A stretch of 64,000 bases of DNA from Naegleria gruberi (lineage: Eukaryota). Below are positions 1 to 11,738 of this stretch, piece after piece; position 1 is the stretch's first letter, and each line of letters starts with the position of its first letter. Made by a program: the position numbers and the translations under genes. The notes below the pieces were generated by a model. That model did no database searches. It saw only the letters and a list, made by a program, of their open reading frames with translations, and was not told the origin of the DNA. The stretch lies in the NCBI GenBank assembly GCA_000004985.1, contig GG738879.1, one strand, 5' to 3'.

Positions 1-1
1 G

Positions 2-1912
2 CATCCTCTCGAGTTGACCAATTTTCTGAATGGATTTGCAACAAGTGGAGGTTTAAATTACAAAGACAAGAATGAATGGAAGAAGGGATTGACTGAATGG
101 CAACAATTTTGTGAGTGGATGATTGCTAATAAGCAAACAAGTGTTGAATGGGTTTTACTGTATGCAGATGAATGGATGGAATTTGCAGATTCAATTGAAA
201 GATTGGAAAGATTGACAGAAATTGTAAATTTGTCTCATTTGTGGGGAATTGAAGTTGGTTTGGATGTTCCAATTGCTATGGAACAGCAACATGCATGGAG
301 ATTGATTAGAAAATATGGAAATGTCAAGGAGGAAATTCAAGATTTACATCAACACATTGATTATGTCATGAAGGCAGGTTTTGATTTCATTGCCACTGAA
401 TTGGGATTCTCAGAATTCACACACGGAGATCCCAACAAGATGGTCCTCTGGCTTAATGAAACTGCCATCTATATGGATGAAAAATATGGAAAGACAGTCT
501 ATGCCAAGGTCCATGTTTCCAAAGGTCAAACTGTGAATAGTTATATTGATCCATTGACTGGAAAACCTGGATGTAATTTCAATTTTTTATCTTACTATGC
601 TGATTCTAGATTGGGAATAATGCCACATACAGTTCAAATGTTTTCAATGGAGGATCCTGCATACACTTATGGAAATGTCAATTTTACTGACATTAGAGAT
701 TTTATGTATTTGGAATTGGGAAAGAGAAAGATTATTTTCCATCCAGAAACTGCTTATTGGGTAACTTTTGATATTAATGTTCCATTGTTTTTACCAGTTT
801 ATGCTCATAGAAGATTTTCTGATATTAGAAATATTGCAAAGCATACTTCCAAGTATGGAATTCCAATTGATGGACAAATGATTTTCAGTTCTGGTTGGGA
901 ATATGGTTATTGGCTTTCTGATGTATTGACTGCTCGTATGGCATGGAATCCACACTTGGATATTCCAGACGAAACTCTTGCATTACAAACACTCATTGAT
1001 CAAATCACCAAAACTTTTATATTCGACAAGAATGCTCGTTCATCATTCAATCAACTCCTACTCAACCAAATGCAAGAACAAAAAGCATACCTAGTCGATG
1101 GATTAATCTCAGGTAAACCACCTTCCACTCAATTATTAAGGGCGGGAATTGATTACTTAGCTGGATGGGATACTTGGAGTGATTTGAATGATTTTGTAGA
1201 GTCGGTGGCTAATGTTCAAACTGAAACTCAACCAAAGAAAATTCAATTCTATCAGGTTAGTTCAAAAGGAGATCATGGATTGTATGAGAATTCGGTTAGA
1301 CCACTAATTTTTGAAATGACAAATCAATTTAATTTGACACATTTAAAGTATAGGAATTTCCAGAGTCAATATTCATCTGTTTTATTCAAAGGAGAATTGG
1401 AATTGGTAAATGAACTTGCGGATTGCACTCTATTGATTGCTTTGAGATCGAAACTAGTTCTAAGACTATTCGAATATTCTCTATTGAAGAGTAAAATATT
1501 GCCATTCGAACCAGAAACTCCTGCCATGATCTATCAAAGAAGTGATGCGCTATTTGCCATATATCAAGCTCAAAACGTTATCGATGCAAGAATTCTCAAC
1601 TTTCGTCTAGATTCTAATAGAAGTATGTCTTGGGGAGCAAATCCAACTGCCTATTCTTACGGATATTTATGGCACACGAAGAAATTATTCTTTTGGTGGA
1701 GAGATTATGCAAAGGCAATTCTCAATTATCATAATCCATGTTTCATGAATGAGGATAATCCAGCAGATATTGCTTTCGGCGATGGTTTCCCACAAATTGT
1801 TGCAGAAATATTGAAAGATATTTTGGAGAAGGTGAAATATCTTGATTGGGTTGAGGAATGTTTTGCTGTGAATGTTAAAAAGGAACCAACTGTACCTCCC
1901 TTCACTCCTTAA
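2..1912 (+). CDS. Hypothetical protein, 5'-truncated by the window edge. The frame is open from nt 2 and the track ORF runs 14..1912. Possibly a glycosyl-hydrolase-like TIM-barrel protein; function not recognised.
   Basis: A 632-aa ORF with no stop upstream to the window start, in a coding-like composition. No motif I can name with confidence. Confidence 0.5.
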   Translation, partial: HPLELTNFLNGFATSGGLNYKDKNEWKKGLTEWQQFCEWMIANKQTSVEWVLLYADEWMEFADSIERLERLTEIVNLSHLWGIEVGLDVPIAMEQQHAWRLIRKYGNVKEEIQDLHQHIDYVMKAGFDFIATELGFSEFTHGDPNKMVLWLNETAIYMDEKYGKTVYAKVHVSKGQTVNSYIDPLTGKPGCNFNFLSYYADSRLGIMPHTVQMFSMEDPAYTYGNVNFTDIRDFMYLELGKRKIIFHPETAYWVTFDINVPLFLPVYAHRRFSDIRNIAKHTSKYGIPIDGQMIFSSGWEYGYWLSDVLTARMAWNPHLDIPDETLALQTLIDQITKTFIFDKNARSSFNQLLLNQMQEQKAYLVDGLISGKPPSTQLLRAGIDYLAGWDTWSDLNDFVESVANVQTETQPKKIQFYQVSSKGDHGLYENSVRPLIFEMTNQFNLTHLKYRNFQSQYSSVLFKGELELVNELADCTLLIALRSKLVLRLFEYSLLKSKILPFEPETPAMIYQRSDALFAIYQAQNVIDARILNFRLDSNRSMSWGANPTAYSYGYLWHTKKLFFWWRDYAKAILNYHNPCFMNEDNPADIAFGDGFPQIVAEILKDILEKVKYLDWVEECFAVNVKKEPTVPPFTP

Positions 1913-1952
1913 TCACCCAATCGACCAATTATTTTCCCTTTTTCCAATAAAA

Positions 1953-3161
1953 CTATTCGAAACTTTTATTTAATTTTACCAATTTAATTTTCAATGCAAG
2001 TAAAAAGCCAATGATCATGATAATGACTAAACAACCTAACGCAGCAATAGCCAATCCATGTGAAATCCTAAACTCGACTATTGGAGCATGAAGATCTTCT
2101 TCAGAGAGGAAACTAACAACTTTCCATTCTCCATTCGAAACAACATTCACATAGAAAGTTTCGCCACTTTCCAGTTCAACCTTTTCCTTATCCAATTGTT
2201 CAAAATATGCACCCTTAAAACGGACAAGTTTCATAATTTCGGCAACTTTAGGTTCGGCACTTTCTTCCAAGGTCTTTCTTTCAGCTCCATATTCTAAAGT
2301 TGAGTTATAATCAAATGAAATATCAAGTTTAGAAGATGATGCAATAATATATCCATCTTTCTCTGTAATGACATAAACAAAAGAGTTGCTTTCAACTTCT
2401 AATTGAAGGAAATCATTCAAATCTGCCAAATCTACATTTCCACATTCAGTAAATGCCTTGAATTTGTAATCCTGAAAGAGAGGACTCACAAGAGAGAGGT
2501 AATAGGCACCAGAAATGTCATAAACTGGTCCGACCCATGTTTCTTCTGATGATTTGTAGGCAATTTTCCATTGTAAAGCTTCATTAGCATTTGCTAGATC
2601 AATTGCATTGAAATCCAAATTCTTCTCATCTCCATTAATATACTCAGTGTTTGATCTTCCATTAATGATATATCCCAAATAGAATTGATCATCACTTGGA
2701 CAGACAGAAAAATAGGAATTCTCTTCCAAAAGCCATGCATAGTCTATTCCTCCATGAATTACTGAAACTCTTAACAGCCATTACCAATTCTTGAACAATT
2801 GCATTGTAATTAGCTTGTCCAGTTCCGTTCACTTTATAGCCAATCTCAAGTTTAAATTCTTGATTGCCAATTTTGGAGCATCAACATAATATTGAAATAC
2901 TTTACCAGATATATCGTTATCTGGAGATATCAAGTTATCAGGAGGAGTGTACAATACACTCGAGGCAATAAGGAATACAAAACCAATCAAGGCAAAGAAC
3001 ATCATGAGGAATAACAAGAAGAAGAGGCATGTTTTCGGGTGGTGGGTTTTCTCACCACTCTGAGCCATCTTTTCCATCATCATGTTAGTGGTAGTGATGG
3101 TATTGATGGTAATTTCATCTTCATTGATTGGAGATGTTGTTGTTGTTGTGTTATCCATCAA
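1953..3161 (-). CDS. Two-TM membrane protein with a ~220-aa extracytoplasmic domain (sensor-like topology). Two ORF segments, 2829..3161 and 1953..2729, are probably joined by an intron or frameshift.
   Basis: The upstream ORF has a hydrophobic helix (FFLLFLMMFFALIGFVFLIASSVLY). The downstream ORF ends with a second helix (GLAIAALGCLVIIMIIGFLLAL) followed by a basic anchor. The reading frame of ORF 2 extends upstream to ~2790, and a TTTCAG acceptor candidate is present, but I could not find a phase-consistent donor. Confidence 0.4.
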
Positions 3162-3547
3162 AATCTTGTTTGTTTTTTCTCTTTGTGAAATTAAGCATAC
3201 GATTTAACAATACAGTAATAAGCTAATTAGATAAGGCCAATTGGAAGTGAACTTGATACATAAAAATTAACCTTTTCCTTTATGTCCGTAAGAGTTTTTG
3301 CTTTTTTACAATATTATTCAATAATGCATCTCAAAATCGATCATGTTGTGTTTCCTTTCATTCGAATTTAATCCAAATAATATTCAAAACTTTGGAAATG
3401 AAAAATTTATTTGTGTTAATTATTATAAAAATAAACTATATTATGTGTGTGGTGGTATATTTGAATTCAAAAAGGAAATTTAGAGTTCTCTACTAGTAGA
3501 TAAAGAGTTTGTGTGAATGTGAATTATACATGTTGATGAAAAGCAAA

Positions 3548-5257
3548 TTATTTTTGTTGCTTCTTCTTTGCCAATACTTTTGAAACTGAATCAACAAATT
3601 GTTGTCCAAGAACTTTGGTATCCACTGCACAGGTATATTCAACATGAATACTTCTATCAGAATTGTGATTCTTCTCAAGGAATTTGTTCTTTATGAATTC
3701 CTTGGCACTATCATAATCATTACCTCCTGTATATTCTGGTTGATATTTGGAAAGATCTTTAAGAGTTTCAATCTTTTCTCTAAACACATCAGTCTTATTC
3801 AAAAAGAGAATAATATCAGTATCTATATTGATTGAATGAATTTGATGAATTTGATGATTAAATAAATTGAATAGAGATTAGAGGACTAGACAGTAAATAG
3901 TAAACAAACCTTTGAACCAACGGTTATTACAAACATCTTCAAACAAGTACAAGCTTTCGTTTAAACGTTGTGTCGATTCATCTTCATAACACAATTGATT
4001 ATATTCTGATAAACTGCTCACATATAATAAAGCATCAACACCTTCAAAACCTGTCAATTTGTCAAATCACACATTATATTGATTGAATAAATTTGTTAAC
4101 ATTCTAAACTTACAGTGAATCCACTTTTTACGTTCATTTCTCTGACCACCAACATCAATAACCTTTACAGTTTTTTGAATTTCATTCAATTGGAATTCCA
4201 TCTCTGCAATACCAGTTGTCTTCAATCGGGATCTCAAAATATCATCAACAGTTGGAACGTACGATTGTGGATCTTTAATTCTATCCAATGCATTGAAATA
4301 ATAAGCAGCAGAATCAGTAATTTGAATCAAATTTCTTCTCTTGTATGCTTCCTGAATTGCTGGCTCATTCCACAATGATTGAATATCGACAGCAAGAGTT
4401 TCATTCCAATGTTTTTCAATATTGAGAAGAGCATCATCATCCATTCGATTCATCAAATCGGTGGCAATTTTCTGACTGGCCTCCTTCTCAATATTAATAT
4501 TGAATTGTTGAGTGGCTTCTATCAGTGCCTTGATATTCCTCACAATGTTACCATAGATAATTTCTTTAAAGGTGGCACGTTCTTCATCGGTGAATGGTTC
4601 CTTGTGTATAATTCTCATTTGCTTGAAAATTGTACCTATATATTATATTAATATTGATGATAATTATATATATTTAAAAAAGAAGATCATCGTGATGTAG
4701 TATTTTGTTATTATTATTGTTGTTAATTATATGATGATGATATTATTATTAATATAACATGATGATGAAGAGATGAAGATGATGATGATTTGAAGATAGT
4801 CATCATAAACCGTTTGTTATTGTTGTTGTTGTTATTTTGTTATCCCAATCAAAATATCCACACAGCAGCGCACAAGGAAGGTTGAAAACACACAATGAAC
4901 GTTAAATATATCACAGAGTTTCATCATCATTGCAATTGATACCGTCGACAACAAGACAGATAACGATGATGATCGGTGATGAAGATGATGTAGAGGATAA
5001 TTATTTTTCCAAACGTGGTGTGCAAATATCATATCATCACGAATAAATTTAAATAAAAATAATAAAATAATTATCGGGTGATGATTGGAAATTGTTGTTG
5101 TGGTTCGAAAACTTCATATATAGTTTAGCTACATACTTTTACCTGATTCACCGGCACCAATTAACAAGACACTGAGTTTGTTTGGGTCTTTTTTAGACGC
5201 TGGTGCTTGATTGGCTGGTGGTTTAGGTTTACTTTCTTCAGCTCCAAAACATGGCAT
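3548..5257 (-). CDS. Heterotrimeric G-protein alpha subunit. Four exons: complement(join(5137..5257,4114..4635,3910..4050,3548..3822)), ~352 aa.
   Basis: Hand-spliced product reads MPCFGAEES...KLSVLLIGAGESGKSTIFKQMRIIH...[33 protein letters not shown]...NNRWFKDTDIILFLNKTDVFREKI...YTCAVDTK. The G1 GAGESGKST, G3 DVGGQR and G4 NKTD motifs are all present. All junctions are GT-AG (GTATGT, GTAAGT, GTTTGT donors), phase-consistent and sum to 1059 nt. Confidence 0.85.
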
Positions 5258-6158
5258 TTTCTTCTCACTTTAATTTACTTTCGAATAATAAAAATGTTGA
5301 TGTTTTCAAAACAATTCACAGCAATGTTGTTGATGTTTCTCTCTAGTTGTTTAAAAAAAACAAAAAATCGTCGATTGATGTGAGGGCTGTAACGTTTTTT
5401 TTCTAATGACATTTGACCGGTTGAGGGGAGAATGGTATTTCCCTTCACCACCACAAACAATAAGAAAAACATTTGGCGCCAAACAAGAAATGGATTACAC
5501 AATTGGAGACTTTTTCCAAGTCACCTGTAAAGAGAAAATTCATGAAGAAATTGGTGTGTGAACTGAAGGCAACCAAGTCATGACTTGAAATGTAAATTGT
5601 GTCAAGATCTTTGTGTTGTGTTGAAGAGAGACTTGATTGCATAATGGTTTCTAATAAAGTTCGATAATAGACGAAAGTTGTCGTTTGAGAAATTGTAAAA
5701 GTGACACTTTTTTAGTGCTTCAGTTCACTAACTACTGCATCAATTCTAAACTACAGTTTTTTCCTCATATTCTCATTCCCAAAACTTCAAACCTCAATGT
5801 AACCATCTGACATATTCAAACCATTCACGATTCTCGATTATCACATATGAAAGAGAGGACAGTTCGCACCAATTCATGTGAGCACTATCTCTTAATTTGC
5901 GACTCTAACATACACCTTAAAATTCATATCCAACAGTTCATCAGCAACAACAATATCAGTACGACATCAAGGTGAAAATTTGTGCGTGCGCATCTTTTGG
6001 CTCTAATTGCGATAATGAATCAATTTATTAACTGTATTGTTTGGAGCCGATGATGAAGGATTGAAAAACAATTAGAAAAAAATTGAAACAACAAGAATCA
6101 TTAACTTGCAGAATTACATCAAATTTAATATTTAATAATTTTAAATAATTTCGGAAAA

Positions 6159-7712
6159 ATGTTATCAAATGCATCATCTTCATCATGGAAAGAAATTCTA
6201 TTGAACGGTCATAAGAATAATCAAATCAGCTCATCTCCAGAATTACTCGAAGCACTGAAATGCATGTTGCGAGAATTATACAAAATTCTTCCATTACTTC
6301 ATCAGAAAAAGGGATTTTTCAGTAAGAATATTCAATCGGCAATTAGTGGACAAATTCTGAGTGAGTGCATAGGGAAAGTGATGGGGTCGAGTGGTGAATT
6401 GATTGATTATATTGGAAAGTTGATGATTAAAGAGAAAATGATTGAATTGGATGGAGATTCGGATAGTTTACTTTCAGAAAAGAAGAATGTTAAATTCTTG
6501 CATCCTTATTTACCTAGATTAGTCATTGTTGGAGGTGGACATGCTGGATTGACTAGTGCCATTCAATTACATGAATATTTCTCAATTGTTTTGATTGATA
6601 AGAATGATCACATTTCATTGAAACCTGGTTTTCCAATAATTTTTGATAATGTTGAGAATGCTAACAAGATTTCAGTGAAATATTCTGATTGTATGCCATC
6701 TAGTGTTTCATTTGTTCGTGGATTGACCAAGGTAGTGAGAGAAGACGGTGTATTTATTGAGCTAATTGACAAAGATTCTCAAACTAATCTCTTTAGTGTA
6801 AATACAGAACAAGCTAATGATGAGCTGAAGAATTGTAAATATTTAACATTTGATTATTTGGTCATTTCTACTGGTTGTAATTCATGGAGAAATCTTCCAA
6901 GCTACGATGGCAGAGGAGGTGACAATTCGATTTTCTATGCTGACAGCTATGACATGAACATGCTCAAAGTTGCAGTGAATACCATTTCCCAAAGTGATGA
7001 TTCCAAGGCAGTTGTCTTGATTGGTGGTGGAATTGTTGGTTCTGAATTTTTTGGAGCTCTAGCTCTTGGTTTTCCAAAGAAGAAAATTTACATGATTCAA
7101 AGATCTGAATTATTGATGAAACCTAATCAAGATGCTCACAATATTGCAATGGAAACTTTTGGTAAAATGAAGAATGGAACCATTCTGTTGAATAGTCAAG
7201 TGGATCGTCAATCAGATTCTGAAACTCTGGTTGTAAAATCATTGGAAAGTGGAGAAGAAACATCAATCAAATGCAGTGTTTGCATTTTGGCTTCTGGAAC
7301 TGCTCCAAACTCAACCCTGATGAAAGATTACTTTGCATCTAGCTTGGATGAATATGGATATATCAAAGTTAATTCTTCCTTCCAACTTTTCAAATCAAAT
7401 TCAGAATTTTATAGAAATATCTTTGTTTTGGGAGATGTCAGTAATTTGGATTCTTTGAAATTAATGCAAAATGCAAATTTTCAAGCTGAGAAATTTATTG
7501 AGATTGCCAAGTTGATTCTTCAAAAACAGGAAAAGGATTTACCAACCTATCAATCCAACGATGCTAGAGTTATGGCCGTCTCACTTGGTCCTAAATATGG
7601 ATTTGTAATGAAGGAAGATAAGGTAATGTTCAAATCAGGAATTGTTATCAAATTGAAAGGTTTCATCCAATCCTCTACTGTTAAAGGTTACAGCAAACAA
7701 GCCAAAAAATAA
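6159..7712 (+). CDS. FAD-dependent pyridine nucleotide-disulfide oxidoreductase (AIF/AMID-like).
   Basis: Two Rossmann dinucleotide-binding motifs (VIVGGGHAGL and VLIGGGIVGSEF) in a 517-aa single-exon ORF starting at an ATG. Confidence 0.7.
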   Translation: MLSNASSSSWKEILLNGHKNNQISSSPELLEALKCMLRELYKILPLLHQKKGFFSKNIQSAISGQILSECIGKVMGSSGELIDYIGKLMIKEKMIELDGDSDSLLSEKKNVKFLHPYLPRLVIVGGGHAGLTSAIQLHEYFSIVLIDKNDHISLKPGFPIIFDNVENANKISVKYSDCMPSSVSFVRGLTKVVREDGVFIELIDKDSQTNLFSVNTEQANDELKNCKYLTFDYLVISTGCNSWRNLPSYDGRGGDNSIFYADSYDMNMLKVAVNTISQSDDSKAVVLIGGGIVGSEFFGALALGFPKKKIYMIQRSELLMKPNQDAHNIAMETFGKMKNGTILLNSQVDRQSDSETLVVKSLESGEETSIKCSVCILASGTAPNSTLMKDYFASSLDEYGYIKVNSSFQLFKSNSEFYRNIFVLGDVSNLDSLKLMQNANFQAEKFIEIAKLILQKQEKDLPTYQSNDARVMAVSLGPKYGFVMKEDKVMFKSGIVIKLKGFIQSSTVKGYSKQAKK

Positions 7713-7826
7713 ACATTTTCACACACGCTGATAACATTTCAATACTTTTACAAAACTGTTGATGAATCCCATTTAAAAAAACTTTAAAAGGAAAGCATAT
7801 TCCCTAAAGTTTCAAAAAATTAAAAA

Positions 7827-8862
7827 ATGCTTTCTTTTTTACGCAAGGCTTTGACACACAACAATAACAAGAATAATAATAACAATAATAATAATAATAA
7901 TAATACTGATAATAATTATTTTCTTCCCACTGATAGTTTAATAATAATATTTCAATTTCTCAATCAACAAGATTTTATTAAAATTTCATCTGTTTGTAGA
8001 TATTGGAGATTTGTTGTTCAACAACCATTCCGAAAGGAATTTACCAATTATATATTTTACTCTTCTTATTCAATAATTTATGGTAGATGTATTATCAATG
8101 CATTTGAATTTTTTAATTTCTTTTCTTCCATAACATTAGATTTGCATAATACTGTACCTGAATCAACATTTAAAACTCTACTTTCTTCAATGAAATTACA
8201 AAGTTTATTTATAGATTCATGTGTTGTTAAAAATAATATACCATTCAATTCTGTGAAACAATCTAATATTACTGAATTAGGATTAAATTGTTTAATGAAA
8301 AAGAAAGATTTACGTGCTTTATTTACTGTACTTCCAAATTTGAAATATTTAAGTTTAGGAATGAATGTTACAGAATCTTTAATTAGTACAGAATCATTTC
8401 TGAGTACATATTGTCATAAATTAGAAACACTCCATTTACAATTATTACCTGAAAATCAAAAAAAAATTGCAAAATTATTAAATGGAATATTTAATCCATC
8501 AACAACAACAATATCCAATCTCATTGATATTAGAATATTTGTAACAGATAATAATCCAACAAGTAATAGAAAATTAAATAATTTTACATTTGATTTTAAT
8601 TCATTTCCATATTTAAAATATTTATTTCTTGATATTACCTATATTTATACATTGGAATCAATTAGTAATGTATTAAATTCAAATAATATTTCAAAATTAC
8701 AAGAATTTGGATTTGGAACTATTAGAAAATCTATTGAAAAATTACAATTTAATTCTAGTGAAAATTTTAAAAATTTAAAAAAATTATTTTTAAATAGAAC
8801 CGANATGATGACAAATATAGATAATCTTCCTTCATTAGAATTATTATATATAGATGAATATG
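7827..8862 (+). CDS. F-box/leucine-rich-repeat protein with an N-terminal poly-Asn tract. The 3' part is interrupted by an assembly gap.
   Basis: F-box motif LPTDSLIIIFQFLNQQDFIKISSVCRYWRFV followed by LRR-like L..L..L repeats. The ORF runs into the N run at 8863. Confidence 0.6.
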
Positions 8863-8912
8863 NNNNNNNNNNNNNNNNNNNNNNNNNNNNNNNNNNNNNN
8901 NNNNNNNNNNNN
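8863..8912. other. Assembly gap (50 N). A further single N lies at 8804.
   Basis: A literal N run in the sequence. Confidence 0.99.
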
Positions 8913-9066
8913 ATTGGTTGGTAAAATACTGTGTGTAAAGATTTCTTGCAAGAATCACAGCGTCTTTCAAAATAGATACCTTGTTCCTTGTTATTTTGTA
9001 AAGACATTTTTTTTCGTCTAAAAACTGGCTTTCGACTGAAAATTCGAATCAAAAAAAACACAATAA

Positions 9067-10004
9067 ATGCCAGGTAAGTACTTCCACATCAACCTTGTAA
9101 CTTTTCCATCAACTGCCAATTTTACATCATTTCAGCATCATCACCATCAGTAAAAGTAAGTAGTTTAGCACCATTTATTCAACATAAATTATTCTAATAA
9201 CAAAGAAGAAGACTAAATTAACCATAACATGTTTACCAGAAGCCACATATGAAAAGTTGGCTGACTGTTATCCCAAGGCTGCAGTGGGATGGAAGGATAC
9301 TCAACGAGCGTAAGTAAGCAAATTGTTAGTTATTTATTTGATTTTATATAGACTAAAAAGAGAAGTTATGCAATGTATTCGAATTTACTGTAAGCGAAAA
9401 GGGATTCCCCAAAATGATACTGCCATGAGTTCATGTAAAGATTGTCTGCAATTAACTTTTGGTGAAACATTGTTCAGAAAACATGTTAATGGATTGTCAA
9501 CGGATACATATAAATACGTGCAAAGTATTGTAAGTGAAGTTTATCCTTAAATTATTTATTAATTATTTTCCAACAATTAATTAGAGCTATTGTTATGTCA
9601 GTAAGATATTCAGCAATCTGTGGAGTTCTTTTAAAAGAAAGAGTCTAATAGAATTAAAGAAAAAAGAGAAGCCAAAAAGAAAGAAGAATTCCAATGTAGA
9701 AGTTTCTAATATAGAAGGGGTTCCATCCTCAATTCAAGCAACAGCTATTCAACCTTCTACCTCTTCACCAACAAGAGAACATGTCAGAGCCAACAATGGT
9801 CAATTCTCTTCATTGCAGAACTATGTTGCAGAAGATGAACAAGTTGTTTTTTTAACACTTGTTAAAGATTGGATCAAAAAACCTGACACAAGAGCAACAC
9901 AACCTTCAGCAGACGCAATTAATTTGCTTGATATGGAATCAGATGGTGCAGATCTTTATTCAGATAATGGTCAATCAGACGCAGAAGAAGCACAACAATT
10001 GTAA
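9067..10004 (+). CDS. Hypothetical protein. Four exons: join(9067..9073,9240..9309,9352..9529,9585..10004), ~247 aa with an acidic C-terminus.
   Basis: Three GTAAGT donors and YAG acceptors give a continuous frame (MPEATYEKLADCYPKAAVGWKDTQRAALKREVMQCIRIYCKRKG...QSI SYCYVSK...AEEAQQL). The 7-nt first coding exon is the least certain part. Confidence 0.45.
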
Positions 10005-10442
10005 ATAAATAAATCAGTTTTACTCAAATTATGAAAATTGTAATGGTCAACAGAGTAAATTAAGGGAAACTTTCAGTCAAATACCAACACACTAAAAGCC
10101 GCATAGAAACAGAATGTTCACCGAATAGTCACTGAATGTTTACCATATAATAACTGAATGGTTACTGAATATTTATTGAATAGTTACCCACCAATTTCAT
10201 TCCTTTACCCAACAATCAACCGACTACCAACCAACTAACACTGAACTAAAACGGTCAGGAGAGTATGGGCTGATATTCGATTAATTTCTGGAAAATCGTT
10301 CAGTTGTTTTCGGAAACAAGTTGGGGAAAATTAGGGTTGTAGTCGGTGATAGTAGGGTTGTGGATGGGGTTTAGACGGAACATAGCCAACTAAAAACCAA
10401 CTATAACACTGTCTATTACCCAAGTACTCCACTCTTAGGTTA

Positions 10443-11738
10443 ATGAAAAAGAAAGATTTACGTGCTTTATTTACTGTACTTCCAAATTTGAAATATTTAA
10501 GTTTAGGAATGAATGTTACAGAATCTTTAATTAGTACAGAATCATTTCTGAGTACATATTGTCATAAATTAGAAACACTCCATTTACAATTATTACCTGA
10601 AAATCAAAAAAAAATTGCAAAATTATTAAATGGAATATTTAATCCATCAACAACAACAATATCCAATCTCATTGATATTAGAATATTTGTAACGGATAAT
10701 AATCCAACAAGTAATAGAAAATTAAATAATTTTACATTTGATTTTAATTCATTTCCATATTTAAAATATTTATTTCTTGATATTACCTATATTTATACAT
10801 TGGAATCAATTAGTAATGTATTAAATTCAAATAATATTTCAAAATTACAAGAATTTGGATTTGGAACTAATAGAAAATTTATTGAAAAATTACAATTTAA
10901 TTCTAGTGAAAATTTAAAAAATTTAAAAAAATTATTTTTAAATAGAACCGAAATGATGACAAATATAGATAATCTTCCTTCATTAGAATTATTATATATA
11001 GATGAATATGAAAAAAAGTTTTATTCCACTGCAAACTATTCAAAACCATGGAATTTAGCATCTAATGTGAAAATGCCATCTCTAAAATATTTACATTTAA
11101 GTCTTATAAATGAAACTCATTTACCTGATAGATTAAATGTGGAATCATTTAAAAATATTAAATATTTTTATTTTGAATCTCAATATAATATTGATTTATC
11201 AGAATTGAGTAAATTAAATTTAGAAATATTAATTCTTAAAATTTCTTTAAAATATAACAAGAATATATTTCATCACATTTCTAAAATTTCAACCTTGAGA
11301 GATTTAACATTTCGTAAGCCTATTTGGGATATTGATTTGAAATTACTTTGTAAATTACCAAATTTAGAATATCTTAATATTAGATTGGAATTTAAAAGTG
11401 AAATATCTTTTACTTTTAATTCACTAACTACACTCTCAATTTATTCAGATAATTTGAAAGGATTAAACTTTTTTCAAATATCAAATTTACCAAAATTGAA
11501 AACTTTAATAATTCGTAATGATTTGGATAATAACCATACGTGGTGGTTGCAACCATTATTTCCAAATTTACAAATAATTAAAGCAAGTTATAACAGTTTT
11601 GGAATATTTTTAGCATCTCAATATAATGATGGTATGAATTTTGGTGAGTATGAGGTTTCACAAAGAACAGCAACTCATTTACAAAATGAATATGTATGGC
11701 TCTTTCCAAAAAAATTTATTTTTGGCAATGCTCAATAA
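10443..11738 (+). CDS. LRR protein fragment. A duplicate of the 3' two-thirds of the F-box/LRR gene, lacking the F-box; truncated paralogue, pseudogene or assembly artefact.
   Basis: A 431-aa ORF whose first ~190 codons are near-identical to 8300..8860, followed by a further ~240 codons of LRRs. Confidence 0.45.
   Translation: MKKKDLRALFTVLPNLKYLSLGMNVTESLISTESFLSTYCHKLETLHLQLLPENQKKIAKLLNGIFNPSTTTISNLIDIRIFVTDNNPTSNRKLNNFTFDFNSFPYLKYLFLDITYIYTLESISNVLNSNNISKLQEFGFGTNRKFIEKLQFNSSENLKNLKKLFLNRTEMMTNIDNLPSLELLYIDEYEKKFYSTANYSKPWNLASNVKMPSLKYLHLSLINETHLPDRLNVESFKNIKYFYFESQYNIDLSELSKLNLEILILKISLKYNKNIFHHISKISTLRDLTFRKPIWDIDLKLLCKLPNLEYLNIRLEFKSEISFTFNSLTTLSIYSDNLKGLNFFQISNLPKLKTLIIRNDLDNNHTWWLQPLFPNLQIIKASYNSFGIFLASQYNDGMNFGEYEVSQRTATHLQNEYVWLFPKKFIFGNAQ

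Larger units (their letters stand above)
8291..11012 (+). repeat. Segmental duplication. 8291..8862 is ~99% identical to 10441..11012; copy 1 ends in the gap and copy 2 continues as an LRR ORF.
   Basis: Direct nucleotide comparison shows only ~4 substitutions over ~570 nt. Identity begins exactly at ttaatgaaaaagaaagatttacg. Confidence 0.8.

Noticed and set aside
2088-2297. Short antisense ORFs overlapping longer genes (e.g. 2088-2297, 15948-16145, 17396-17955, 20879-21064, 21669-22561, 25321-25976, 28592-28798, 33359-33591, 38351-38961, 53423-53865, 62079-62489)
   Set aside because: Each is embedded opposite a long, domain-bearing CDS and is of the size expected by chance in AT-rich DNA.
4832-5032. 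66-aa ORF (and other short ORFs at 4115-4651) inside the G-alpha locus
   Set aside because: They lie within the 501-nt first intron or antisense to G-alpha exons, have low-complexity His/Met/Ser composition from ATGATG repeats, and have no splice context. They are spurious.
7861-7915. AAT/AAC microsatellite-like run
   Set aside because: It lies inside the F-box/LRR CDS and encodes a poly-Asn tract typical of this lineage, not an independent repeat or regulatory feature.
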